Shown here: piece after piece, positions 27,801 to 37,500 of the stretch
How positions within the stretch are numbered: position 1 is the first letter of the stretch
Layout: each line of letters opens with the position of its first letter
Assembly (NCBI GenBank): GCA_964626565.1
Contig: CAZVFX010000003.1
Span: 45,906 to 109,905 of the forward strand
Direction: 5' to 3'
From: an uncultured Myxococcales bacterium
GTDB lineage: Bacteria; Myxococcota_A; UBA9042; CAIXZC01
DNA length: 64,000 bases
Notes under the pieces: model-generated
What the model saw: only the letters and a program-made list of their open reading frames with translations
Told to the model about the DNA's origin: nothing
Databases searched by the model: none
Made by a program: the position numbers and the translations under genes

Positions 27801-28682
27801 GTCGCACGCATACTCTCCGGCACAGGTGCCGAACTCGTTGGCCACCAGGCAGGCGTCGCCCCCGGTGTCCTCGTCAATTTCGCCGTCGCAGTCGTCGTCC
27901 TGACCGTTACACTCGTCCACTTCCGGCTCAGGTGCCGAACAAGGGGTCAGGCCATCCGCCATGCACTGGCGGTCGCCGAAACATCTACCCCACTCGTTTT
28001 CCGCGAAACAATCAGTGGCCGCACCTTCATCAATGTACCACTGGTTGCACTCACATTCTCCCTGGGACCGCGTGCACTGAGTCACCGCTCCGCCGGCCAC
28101 ATCTTTGCCATCGCCACAGTAGTAGCCTGCCGGGCAATCTTCGTCATCGTCACAATTGGCGCCACAGAAGTTTCCACCTTCCCCGTAATCTACGCAGGAC
28201 TGCCCGGCGTCGACGCCGTTGGTCCAACATTCGTCGTTCTGCGTACACGGCCGGCACAGGTCAACCATGGTAGGTACGCAAATGAACACCTGGTCCGGCA
28301 TGCTCGGAGGGTGCAGGAAACAACTCCAGTCGAAGGGGCACTCTTCCACGCAGGAGATGGTACACTGCATCCCGTCCGCGGTCTGGATACAGAATCCCGA
28401 GTCGCAGTCAGCCGCTCCCTCGCACGGATACCCCGCCGCGCCTGGCTCAGGCCCGCACGCATCCCCGCACACGTCCGCCAACGCTTCTCCGAAGTCCCAA
28501 CCGTCGGTTTTCGCGTCTTCGTCCAGCGACTCAGGCTCCACCCCGGCGTCGTCGGCCACCTCAGCCGGTGCAAAGCCGTCCCCGGCATCGACACCACCAA
28601 GGTCCTCAGACACCGTAACCGCACCGTCGCCACAAGCCATCGACAAGACAACCGCTGCAAAAAGAACAATCCCTATTCTCAT
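24867..28682 (-). CDS. Giant (about 1270 aa) secreted lipoprotein G3 with TSP3 repeats, MopE-like repeats and a C-terminal fibrinogen-like domain; the start is the internal M (MRIGIVLFAAVVLSMACGDG)
   Basis: The N-terminal module is nearly identical to G1 (GYPCEGAADCDSGFCIQTADGMQCTISCVEECPFDW...). It carries TSP3 DxDxDGxxDxxDNC repeats and six CGLGxC...CDGxDNDCDGxxDE repeats. The C-terminus CKDFLDESPNAESGLYTLDPDGIGGVDPFEVYCDMDTNGGGWTLI matches the fibrinogen C-terminal domain signature. Confidence 0.8.
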   Translation of the reverse strand: MRIGIVLFAAVVLSMACGDGAVTVSEDLGGVDAGDGFAPAEVADDAGVEPESLDEDAKTDGWDFGEALADVCGDACGPEPGAAGYPCEGAADCDSGFCIQTADGMQCTISCVEECPFDWSCFLHPPSMPDQVFICVPTMVDLCRPCTQNDECWTNGVDAGQSCVDYGEGGNFCGANCDDDEDCPAGYYCGDGKDVAGGAVTQCTRSQGECECNQWYIDEGAATDCFAENEWGRCFGDRQCMADGLTPCSAPEPEVDECNGQDDDCDGEIDEDTGGDACLVANEFGTCAGEYACDQGKLVCEGEEAHAESCDGEDNDCDGATDEGFEDTDDDGIADCMETDKDGDGIVDSADNCVGVNNPGQEDNDLDNFGDVCDLDDDNDQTSDAEDCAPFDQDIHPGAEELCDGKDNNCNFIVDEGSTDTDADGWKDCVDEDDDNDGVVDGADCAPTDASVFPGAAEICDGLDNDCDGDVDDGFPDIDGDGVADCVDDDADDDGVADSADNCVGVENPGQEDLDEDGLGDACDPDADGDAIPDSADNCVGVKNTQQSDIDGDGLGDACDDDLDGDGVEDSADNCVGVENPGQEDSDNDGVGDACEGDKDGDGTPDAEDCAPLDPNVNPGAQEVCDGVDNNCNGLIDEGFNDSDLDGLKDCTDLDDDNDGHSDDADCAPLDATINPAAMEVCDGLDNDCDDSVDEDLGTTTCGLGVCNHTVDNCVGGIPQVCEAMEGVELEKCDGNDNDCDGLVDEDLGTTTCGLGVCLHTVQNCVGGIPQDCNAEEGVGVEICDGIDNDCDGQVDENLGQITCGLGACENTVPVCVGGVPQVCNPMEGAAAEVCDGQDNDCDDAVDEDLGSVQCGKGECFHEQDYCVDGKIAVCDPFLGVAPEICDGLDNDCNGLEDDGLGSTSCGQGVCTHIVQNCADGVPQVCDPKEGAVAEECDGVDNDCDGLLDEGLGMLSCGLGECLHSTPLCAEGQEVECDPMEGSQPEECDGLDNNCNGGIDDGFPDSDADGLADCVDPDDDNDNDPDITDCAPTDPDINHEAEEICDNGLDDDCSGIADNGCTISSCKDFLDESPNAESGLYTLDPDGIGGVDPFEVYCDMDTNGGGWTLISSTGDVGGVNSYQHFPHEAKVIVGPGYTVVTDGDNPSFAIGSNNGGGDKLVYFEIDTMFTFSEVRGSWRGYGGSGIHHDDNWNAGSWGKTGNGSNGYVMFGTPGTVLKTGGQWGGDWNSGGTSKYYTFNTPVAESNILRWGVEDQSSPEYVLFNDLEIFVR

Positions 28683-28897
28683 CCTCTCCCCCTGCTTCAC
28701 CCTCGAACGCCAGCATGCGCCACATGTTCGCGCACGCAGCATGCGTTGCCAAATTTTCTGTTGGGCCCGGGGCTCACTGTTTCCGTTGCAATCCGCGTGC
28801 AAGGCCACCTATTCTGGTAGCGTCGCATTTCAGGAAGAGGTTGAGGGAAGACCGAGAAGGAACAGTTGTAGGGCCGCCGGACAAGCAAGGAGTCTCA

Positions 28898-29727
28898 TGA
28901 CCACATCCGACAACCACGAATCTCAGTACATGCACGGAGCAAACGCTGCCGAGCAGGAACGCCTCGAGCAGATGGGGACAATCCTGCCGGGGATCGAGTT
29001 CCTGCCTGAACTGAAACCGGGAATGCGCATTCTCGAAGTTGGCTGCGGAACGGGGAGCCTGGCGCGCCAGGTGGCCCGCAAAGTCACTCCCGGGGGAACG
29101 GTTGTCGGTGTTGACCGGCAGCAGGCGCAACTACACAGGGCCAGGCAACTGGCGGACGGAGAAGGGGTCGAGAACCTGTCCCTTCACCTGCAGGAGGCAA
29201 CAAAGCTGGACTTCCCCGATGGGCAGTTCGACGGTGCGTACTGCCGGTTCGTCGTCGAGCACGTGCCCGATCCTGTGGTCCTGGTCCAAGAAATGATGCG
29301 GGTGGTCAAACCCGGGGGGTGGGTGTGCTGCTTTGAATGGGAGAACGGCTGTTCGGTCATGTATCCGGACTGTCCCGCAGTGCAAACCGTGTGGCAGGCC
29401 GTGTACGATTTTCAACTCGGCCTCGGAGGCGACCCCCATATTGCCCGCAAACTGTACGGCATCCTGAACCGGGCGGGACTGACCGACGTTCAGGCCAGCG
29501 GACGCGCATGGAGCATCACGTCGAAAGACAGGGACAAGCTGCAAGTCTACGTTGGCAGCGCCCGGGAGATCATTCGCCAGACATGCGGCGGACTTCCGTC
29601 GGAGAAACAGGTTTCGCAAGAGTTGCTGCAACAGGCTGACGCCGAATATGAGCAACTGTTGACTCATCCGGAAGCCTTCGCGATGGAAGGCTACGTGTAC
29701 GCCACCGGCACCATCGCGCTCGGCTAA
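28898..29727 (+). CDS. Class I SAM-dependent methyltransferase; the start is internal to the track ORF 28219..29727
   Basis: ILEVGCGTGSLARQVA (motif I) ... DGQFDGAYCRFVVEHVPDP ... VVKPGGWV. Confidence 0.75.
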
Positions 29728-29859
29728 CCATCCGACCCCTGAGCGTCAGCCATGGGCCGCCCCCAACACTCCAGCCAAAGAAATCCGCATAGTATCAATT
29801 CTTATTATGCATTGGGCTTATAGGCCAGAAAGGCCCATTATTCAGGTAGGAGGTGAACG

Positions 29860-30915
29860 ATGAATACCAGAAAGGATGTGCGACTGACCAAACACTCTCA
29901 CTGTGCGGGGTGAGCGGCCAAGTTCGGTCCTACGGACCTCGCTCAGGTTCTGAGCGGCTTGCCTGCAATCACCGACCCCAACGTCCTGGTAGGGACCGCC
30001 ACGGCTGACGACGCGGCGGTGTACCGCGTGTCGGATGATGTGGCGGTGATCGAGACGTTGGATTTCTTCACACCTATCGTCGACGACCCCTACATGTTCG
30101 GCGCCATTGCCGCGGCAAACTCCCTGAGCGATGTGTACGCCATGGGCGGGAAGCCTGTTCTGGCGCTCAACATAGTCGCGTTTCCCAGGGACAGCGCTCA
30201 GACTCCCATATGGGTGCTCAACGAGATACTCAAGGGCGGCTCCGACAAGGCTGCCGAGGCGGGGATAAGTATCGTTGGCGGTCACACCATCGACGATCCC
30301 GGACCAAAGTACGGTTTGTCTGTGACCGGCCTTGTGCATCCCGACCGGATCTGGCGGAACACCGGGGCCAAGCCCGGCGACCGGCTGATTCTCACCAAGC
30401 CTCTTGGCATCGGCATCATCACCACGGCGTTGGGGGCCGGCGCGGCCAGCGAGAAGTGGACGCAGGGCGCAATCGACTACATGGCCGAGCTCAACGGCCC
30501 GGCCGCGGCGGTGGCGGCCGAGGTAGGAGTGCGGGCTTGCACCGATATTACCGGCTTCGGGTTCCTGGGTCATTTGCACGAGATGCTTGGAAGCGAGGGG
30601 CTGGGTGCGAGAGTCTCCGCATCCTCGGTTCCGGTGTTGGAAGGCGCGCACGAGCTGGCACTGGCCGGGCACGTGCCGGGAGGCTCCCGGCGCAACCGGG
30701 AATCGCTCTCGGACCGTGTGTTGTTCCATGGTGCGGTGGCAGAAGAAGACCACCTCGTTCTGAGCGACGCCCAGACTTCGGGCGGACTGCTATTCGCAGT
30801 TGATGAATCAAAGGCCGGCGAGTTGGTTTCAGGGCTTGAGTTGGCCGGGGCCCTCGCAGCCGACGTCGGCGAGTTCTACAAGTCAAAGGCGGCGCTGATT
30901 GAGGTTGTTCCGTAG
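29860..30915 (+). CDS. selD: Selenide, water dikinase (selenophosphate synthetase) with an in-frame TGA (29911-29913) encoding selenocysteine
   Basis: Manual translation gives RBS AGGAGG, then ATG 29860 [45 protein letters not shown], in frame with track ORF 29959..30915. The rest aligns with E. coli SelD (AVY..DFFTPIVDDPY.FG.IAA.NSLSD..AMGGKP, GGHTIDDPGP, TDITGFG). The Sec replaces the catalytic Cys17. Confidence 0.8.
29914..29945 (+). promoter_or_regulatory. Candidate bacterial SECIS-like hairpin (GGUCC-UAC-GGACC) 13 nt downstream of the selD UGA
   Basis: Stem-loop read from sequence. It is short relative to canonical SECIS elements. Confidence 0.35.
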
Positions 30916-30938
30916 TTCTTTCTTCTTTGGGGGAGTAG

Positions 30939-31721
30939 ATGGGCGAGTACGCGCTGGTACTGTTGCTTGGATTTGCCATCAGTCTGGTTTCCGGGCTGCT
31001 GGGAATCGGTGGCGGCATTGTCATGGCGCCGGCCTTGCTCTATCTTCCGCCCTTTCTTGGCGTTGCCGGATACGACATGAAGCAGGTGGCTGGACTCACC
31101 ATCACTCAGGGCCTCGCCGCGTGCGTGTCCGCGGCGCTGCGGCATGACAAACATCGCCAGGTGAATTGGCGGCTCGTAAGGTGGATGGGACCTGCGATAC
31201 TGGTGACCGCGCTGACAGGCTCGGTGGTTTCCAAGTGGACCGCCAGCGCGACCCTACTCCTGGTGTTCGCCGGCCTTGCCGCCGTAGCTGCAGTCCTGAT
31301 GTTCTTTGCAAGTCGCGAGGAGTCCAGGCCGGCGGGCGCTGACCCTAACGCCTTCAGTGTGCCGGTGGCTGTTGCAATTGCGGCGACAGTGGGCGCGCTT
31401 GGAGGCATGGTGGGCCAGGGCGGTTCATTCATCCTGATACCGCTCATACTCGTCTTTCTACGTCTGCCTACCAGAATGGTCATCGGCACTAATCTGGCCC
31501 TTGTGGCCTTCGCCTCCCTCGCCGGATTTGTCGGCAAAATGGCCACCAACCAGATTCTTCTCCTCCCCGCCCTCTTCCTGGTGGCGGGCGCAATCCCCGG
31601 GGCACAACTCGGCAGCGTGCTCAGCCAACAGACCCAGGCCGTTTGGCTGAGGCGGGCGCTCACCCTCGTGATATTCGCGTTGGCGGTTGGAATCGGCGCT
31701 CACGCCATCGGCCAATCGTGA
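30939..31721 (+). CDS. TauE/SafE (DUF81) family anion permease; a putative sulfite/selenium-compound exporter
   Basis: 8-TM protein with the paired GxxxG-rich repeats typical of DUF81 (LLGIGGGIVMAP ... GALGGMVGQGGSFILIP). Confidence 0.7.
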   Translation: MGEYALVLLLGFAISLVSGLLGIGGGIVMAPALLYLPPFLGVAGYDMKQVAGLTITQGLAACVSAALRHDKHRQVNWRLVRWMGPAILVTALTGSVVSKWTASATLLLVFAGLAAVAAVLMFFASREESRPAGADPNAFSVPVAVAIAATVGALGGMVGQGGSFILIPLILVFLRLPTRMVIGTNLALVAFASLAGFVGKMATNQILLLPALFLVAGAIPGAQLGSVLSQQTQAVWLRRALTLVIFALAVGIGAHAIGQS

Positions 31722-31736
31722 ACCGGCTCATCTCCC

Positions 31737-32624
31737 CTACCCGTTCAGCGTCGCCTCCATCAAGCCGATGAACGAACGCATCACCGGTGACAGGTGCTTG
31801 TCAAGGTGTTGCACAAGGTAGATTGGGCGCTTGAGGTTCAGACCCCCCACCCGGATCCTGCCCAACCGCCCACTGGCAATTTCGCCTTCCGCCGCGTGGA
31901 TTGACATCAGGGAAACGCCAACACCCGCCGCGACCAGCGCCTTAATCGCCTCGGAGGAACTCAACTCGATTACGTGGCCAAAATTGCATCCCGCTTCAGC
32001 GAACCAGGCTTCGGCCAGTCTTCGGGTGGCGGAGCCCCGCTCCCGGACAACACATATTTCGTCGGACAGCTCCTCCGGAGCCACCAGCTTGCGCCGGACC
32101 AGCGGATGAGAGGGTTCGGAGATGCAGACTATCTCGTCCATGACCACGGGCCGTGACGCCAGGACGGGACTCTGGGGCACCTCACCAATCAACCCCATGT
32201 CCAACTCGTTGCTGACAATCCCCTGTTCGATCACCCGGGAGTTCGCCACCGTGTAGCTCAACTCGCTATCCGGGTGCTGCCGATGAAAATCCCCTACCAC
32301 TGACGGCAGCAGGCAGCATCCGGGGGTCGCGCTGGCGCCGATCCTCAGACGTCCCTTGCCGGCCTCGGCATATCCGCGCACCATCTCGGCAGCCCTTTCC
32401 ATGGCGCCCAGCAGGCGCTCGGCCTCAGCCGCCAGCGTCTCCCCGGCGCCGGTGAGATGCAGCGCCTTGCCCAGTTGCTCGAAAAGCCGCACTCCCAGCT
32501 CTCGTTCCAACTCACGGATCCGACGGGATGCCGCCGGTTGCGAGATATACAACTCCTCGGCGGCACGGGTGTAGTTACGGTGCTTGCGCACAGCCAGAAA
32601 GGTCTGCAGGTGTACTGGATTCAT
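31737..32624 (-). CDS. LysR-family transcriptional regulator
   Basis: The N-terminal HTH LQTFLAVRKHRNYTRAAEELYISQPAASRRIRELERELGVRLFEQ plus a LysR substrate-binding domain. Confidence 0.85.
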   Translation of the reverse strand: MNPVHLQTFLAVRKHRNYTRAAEELYISQPAASRRIRELERELGVRLFEQLGKALHLTGAGETLAAEAERLLGAMERAAEMVRGYAEAGKGRLRIGASATPGCCLLPSVVGDFHRQHPDSELSYTVANSRVIEQGIVSNELDMGLIGEVPQSPVLASRPVVMDEIVCISEPSHPLVRRKLVAPEELSDEICVVRERGSATRRLAEAWFAEAGCNFGHVIELSSSEAIKALVAAGVGVSLMSIHAAEGEIASGRLGRIRVGGLNLKRPIYLVQHLDKHLSPVMRSFIGLMEATLNG

Positions 32625-32834
32625 TTTTTGCCCTCACCCCAACGACAGCGCATAGTGCCTGCCGGATTCATTCGTTTCCTTTATAGTCACCCTACTCCCT
32701 CATCGTCAAGTCGGAGCGCACCCGGCGAGGAGCCGACGTGGCTGACAGGGGAAACATATTTTCCGACTTGGAAAACAAACCCCGGACGAATAGGATGGAT
32801 GCATGTTGGATGGAGCACCTCAGGAGGGTGAGCT

Positions 32835-34469
32835 TTGAAAGTCCTTGCGACCGCGGCTGCCGTAGCCTGTTTGCTGGCCGGATGCGTATCCAAGCCGGAC
32901 CCCTGGACTCCGTTCAGGGATACCGGAGAGCCTGACCTGACTCGGACGGAAGAGATTGCCGGAGCGGACGTTGGGGCCGAACTGCTCGACGCCGAGACGG
33001 AAGCCACCGCACCCGATCTGTTCGTTCCGGACGAGCAGAAGTTCGAGATCTGTGCGCCTGAGTGCATTTCCGAAAATCCCTGCACCGATGCCTACTGTGA
33101 AGCCGGGGAGTGCGTGCACCAGCCGGTTGATGGCTCATGCGACGACGGCGACCCATGCACCGAAGGAGACACGTGCGAGGCCGGTGAATGCAAACCAGGC
33201 TCCGACCAGTTCGAATGCGACGATTTTAACTCGTGTACGGACAATCTGTGCATCGCCGGAGTTGGGTGCCAGTACGATCCCAACGCCGCGGATTGCGACG
33301 ACGAGGATCCGTGCACCGTCGGTGACAAGTGCGAAGGCGGGGAGTGCAAGGCTGGACCCGACCCGCTGGCCTGCGACGACGGCAACGACTGCACTTTTAA
33401 CTCCTGCGCAGCCGGCGAAGGGTGCAAGTACGAGCCGAAAGATCAGGCCGCGTGCGACGACGGCTTCACCTGCACCAACAAGGACACCTGCCAGGGCAAG
33501 GTGTGCGTCGGCGAGCAGGTATCCTGCAACGACAACAACCCGTGTACGGTAGACACCTGCGACCCCACCGTGGGCTGCGTTTTCGAACCGGCCACCGGGG
33601 CTGAATGCGATGACGGCAACGAGTGCACCAAGCAGGACGCGTGTATCGGCCCTATGTGCATCGGCCCTCAGTTTGCTGATTGGATCCTTGAGTGCAAGGA
33701 GGATGCGTGCGGCAACGGCATCTGCCAGGGCGATAACAGCGCGACCAACTGCCCCACTGACTGTGGCCCTTGCGGCGACGGGGTGTGTGGACACCACGAG
33801 GTGGTGGAAGGAGTTGCCGGCGGCCTTTGTCCCATGGACTGCCTTCCCCCCTGCGGCGACGGAGAATGCGAGGCCGGCGAATTGGAAGGATGCCCCGTTG
33901 ACTGTGGCGGCTGCCCGGACGGCTATTGCGGTCTCTACGAAACGCCGGAATCGTGCCCGGACGACTGCCCCACTGCGTGTGGAGACGGTGTGTGCACCCC
34001 CGGGGAGAGCTTGCTGCTGTGTCCCACCGACTGCAAAACCCCCTGCGGAGACAAGCTTTGCGCCCAGGGCGAGAGCCCCTACAACTGCCCGGTGGACTGC
34101 GGTCTCTGCCCCGACGGCTACTGTGCCGCGGACGAAGACGTAGAATCGTGCCCATGGGATTGCGACAAACCGTGCGGCAACGGGGTCTGCGACGGCGGCG
34201 AAGATTTTGACAGTTGTAAGATTGACTGCGGCTATTGCGGAGACGGAGTGTGCGGCAAGACCGAGAACCACTCCCAGTGCCCGGGCGACTGCCCGGATGG
34301 GTGCGGGGATGGCCTCTGCGTCGAACCTGAGACGCTCGAGAACTGCGTAATCGACTGTGGCGAGATACCCGACTGCGTCGACAAAGACTGCGGCGGCGAC
34401 GGCTTCGGCGGACAGTGCGGCCAGTGTCCGGCGGGCACAGAGTGCAACGCCGAAGGGCAGTGTGTCTAG
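32835..34469 (+). CDS. Cysteine-rich secreted lipoprotein (544 aa), TTG start, with CxDGDPCTxGDxC repeats followed by CPxDCGxCGDGxC repeats
   Basis: Signal MKVLATAAAVACLLAGCVSKPD. Same two-part architecture as ORF 23357..24841. RBS AGGAGGG upstream. Confidence 0.75.
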   Translation: MKVLATAAAVACLLAGCVSKPDPWTPFRDTGEPDLTRTEEIAGADVGAELLDAETEATAPDLFVPDEQKFEICAPECISENPCTDAYCEAGECVHQPVDGSCDDGDPCTEGDTCEAGECKPGSDQFECDDFNSCTDNLCIAGVGCQYDPNAADCDDEDPCTVGDKCEGGECKAGPDPLACDDGNDCTFNSCAAGEGCKYEPKDQAACDDGFTCTNKDTCQGKVCVGEQVSCNDNNPCTVDTCDPTVGCVFEPATGAECDDGNECTKQDACIGPMCIGPQFADWILECKEDACGNGICQGDNSATNCPTDCGPCGDGVCGHHEVVEGVAGGLCPMDCLPPCGDGECEAGELEGCPVDCGGCPDGYCGLYETPESCPDDCPTACGDGVCTPGESLLLCPTDCKTPCGDKLCAQGESPYNCPVDCGLCPDGYCAADEDVESCPWDCDKPCGNGVCDGGEDFDSCKIDCGYCGDGVCGKTENHSQCPGDCPDGCGDGLCVEPETLENCVIDCGEIPDCVDKDCGGDGFGGQCGQCPAGTECNAEGQCV

Positions 34470-34531
34470 CTTCTGCCGGGCCGGGCGAACTCCGTTCCCC
34501 GGTGAACTCAACGGAATCCATAGGGTGTAAC

Positions 34532-37500
34532 ATGCGCGTTCCTCTTCTTCTTCTACCCCTGCTCCTCTTGTGCGGATGTCCTTCCGGCTCTCCCACCGTA
34601 GAACCGGGCGATGACTCCATCGACGCGATTGAGATTCTCGACGCTTCGCGCGCTGACGCCAATCTGCTCGACCGGGCTGTCCCCGAAGACCGGGGCGGGG
34701 GCGACCGCGGGCAGACCGAAGTTGCCGCGTGTGAACCCGGCAACGCCCAGGCCGGCTGTTCCTGCGCCGGCGACGAAGACTGCGCCACCGGCAGTTGCAC
34801 CCTTCACTTCGGTTCAAAGGTATGTGCAGCACCTTGTGCCGCGGGCTGCCCCGAAGGGTGGGAATGCGGAGATGACGACGGAGCCTCAGGCCTCTGCTCC
34901 TCCCTCTTCCCGACGCTGTGCCTGCCGTGCTTTGCCAGCGACCAGTGCGGAGAAAATGACGCACTCTGCGCGCTTCACCCCGACGCCACCGGCGCGTTTT
35001 GCGGGGCAGCCTGCGATGAATTCTCCCCCTGCCCGGCCGGTTGGTCGTGCAAACCAGTGGACACCATCGAGGGCGAAAAAAGCCACCAGTGCATCGTAAA
35101 AGCAGGCACTTGCCTGTGCTCCGATTACGCGGTGGACCAAGGGCTGGAGGCCTACTGCGAAACCAGCAACGAATTGGGCGCGTGCGCGGGCCTTCGTCAG
35201 TGCGTCGACGGAGGTCTGTCCCCTTGCGACGCGCCCGAACCGCAGGACGAGAGTTGCGACGGACTGGACAACGACTGCGACGGCGAGGTGGACGAGGAAA
35301 CCACCTGCGACGACGGGGACGCTTGCACCGAAGACGACTACTGCGACCAGGGAGAGTGCACAGGGCAAGCGGTGGAATGTGACGACGGCGACCTTTGCAC
35401 CACTGACAGTTGCCTCCCCGAATCGGGCTGTTCGTTCGAGCCCAATGAATTGGCTTGCGAGGAAGATGGCGACCCGTGCACCGAAGACGTCTGCGTCGAT
35501 GGAGCATGCTCGCACCCGCCGGGCAACGACGGAATGCCCTGCGACGACCTGGACGACTGCACCACCGGTGATCACTGTTTCGAAGGTGCATGCATTTACG
35601 ACGACTACCTGGACATGTGCAAGCTGGTGTGCTCGGACGGTCTGTGTATCTTCCCCGAGAACCCGGATGATTGCCCTGAAGATTGCGGCCCGTGCGGGGA
35701 CGGGGTGTGCGGTTTCCACGAAAACGGACCCGACGGGGGAACCTGCCCCATGGACTGCCTGACCCCCTGCGGCGACGGGCTGTGTGAGTACGGCGAAAGC
35801 CCCGAATATTGTGTAGTGGACTGCGGCGGCTGCGGCGACGGACTGTGCGGCCTTCATGAGGACGGGGTGGTCTGCCCCAACGACTGTCCGCCCGCCTGCG
35901 GCAACGCAGTTTGCGAGCAGGATGAAACCATTGAGATTTGTACGGTTGACTGCATTCCGCCGTGCGGGGACGGCCTCTGTGTAGATTTTGAAAATCCGTA
36001 CAACTGTCCCACCGACTGCTCACTTTGCGACGACGGCGTCTGCGGCATTTCGGAGGACCAGGAATCGTGTCCGCAGGACTGCATGGTCATTTGCGGAAAC
36101 GGACTGTGCGAAGGTGGGGAAAACCCGGAAGAATGTGCGGTGGATTGCGGCTGGTGCGGAGACGGGGTGTGCGGGTTCGCTGAAACAGGATCCAACTGCC
36201 CCGCAGACTGTTTCGTAGGCTGCGGCGACAACCTGTGCGGCCCCGACGAAGACGGCCTGAGCTGCCCCTTGGACTGCACGGTAGATGCAGACGGGGACGG
36301 CTTCGAGGACCTGGTGGACAACTGTCCCTGGCTGTTCAACCCGGAACAGATAAACAGTGACAACGACGCGTCGGGGGATATGTGCGACCTGGACGACGAC
36401 AACGACGGCGACCTGGACGCGAGTGACTGCGCCCCCCTGGACCCGGAAGTTTCGTACCTGGCTGACGAACAATGCGACGGCGTGGACAACGACTGTGATG
36501 ACGAAGTCGACAACGAGGCCGAATGCGCACCCGGCCTCGAATGCCTGGGCGGCGACTGCATCTGCCCGCCCGACTGCGAGGGCAAAGAGTGCGGACCCGA
36601 CGGATGCGACGGGGAATGCGGCCAGTGCCCGGAAGAGCAGTTCTGCCTGGCCGACGGAAGCTGCCTGTGCGTGCCCGACTGCGTGGGCAAAGGGTGCGGC
36701 GACGACGGCTGCGAAGGTAGCTGCGGAGAGTGCACCGGATTCCAGGAAATATGCTTGGATTTCAGTTGCGTCTGCTCCCCCGACTGCGAAGGGAAGGAGT
36801 GCGGAAGCGACGGTTGCGGCGGTCAATGCGGTCAATGTGATGCAGGCGTGGCATGCGACGAGGGTTTGTGCGTCGCTTGCGTCGATGACGGCTCCGGCGG
36901 CTGCGACGACGGCGAGATCGTTGAATTCCCGGTGAGCGATGAGAGCGGAGCAGACCAGAGAGACCCGGCCGTAGCCACCCTCAGCGGCGGTGGTTTTGTT
37001 GTCTCGTGGACCGATTCGAAAGAGGATGGTCCGGTCGCCGAAGAGATTTACGCCCGTGTTTACGGCCCCTCCGGGCAGCCGTTGGCCCAGTCCTTTCTCG
37101 TGAACAGCGGACAGCAAGGTGGCGGCCAGTTCAACTCCACCGTCACGAGGATCCAGGATGGCACCTTCGCCATTGGCTGGGACGACCTGGGCGCCGGGGC
37201 CCCCGCGGGCATGAGGGCCCGCGGGTTCGAGGCGGATGGCACCCCGGTGGCAGCTTCTTTCGCCGGGACAAATCTACCCGCAGTGCCGCCCGTCTACCCC
37301 GCAGCAGGGGAAGCGTGGGAGAATACGTTTGTGATGGTGTGGCAAAATGAACATCCGGACACACCTCAGCGGTACGTTTACATCCTGCAGTTCGACACCA
37401 TGGGCATACTTTACGACAGCGATGCCCAGGTTTCGCAGACGCCGGTGGGAGCGGACGCCAAGGTCGCACTGTCGTCAAACGGAATTGGCGACGGGGCGAT

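Noticed and set aside
28683-28808. N-terminal extensions of track ORFs at 28683..28808, 34415..34531, 47146..47949, 9002..9289 and 54..302
   Set aside because: The extension sequences are Arg-rich nonsense that overlaps neighbouring genes or promoter elements. Internal ATG or TTG starts have signal peptides and RBSs.
29842-30753. 303-aa minus-strand ORF
   Set aside because: It is antisense to selD, whose translation aligns residue-by-residue with selenophosphate synthetase.
33135-36023. 962-aa minus-strand ORF, Arg/Pro/Gly-rich
   Set aside because: It is antisense to two well-supported Cys-rich protein genes (32835..34469 and 34532..40138), and its low-complexity basic composition is typical of GC-rich antisense frames.
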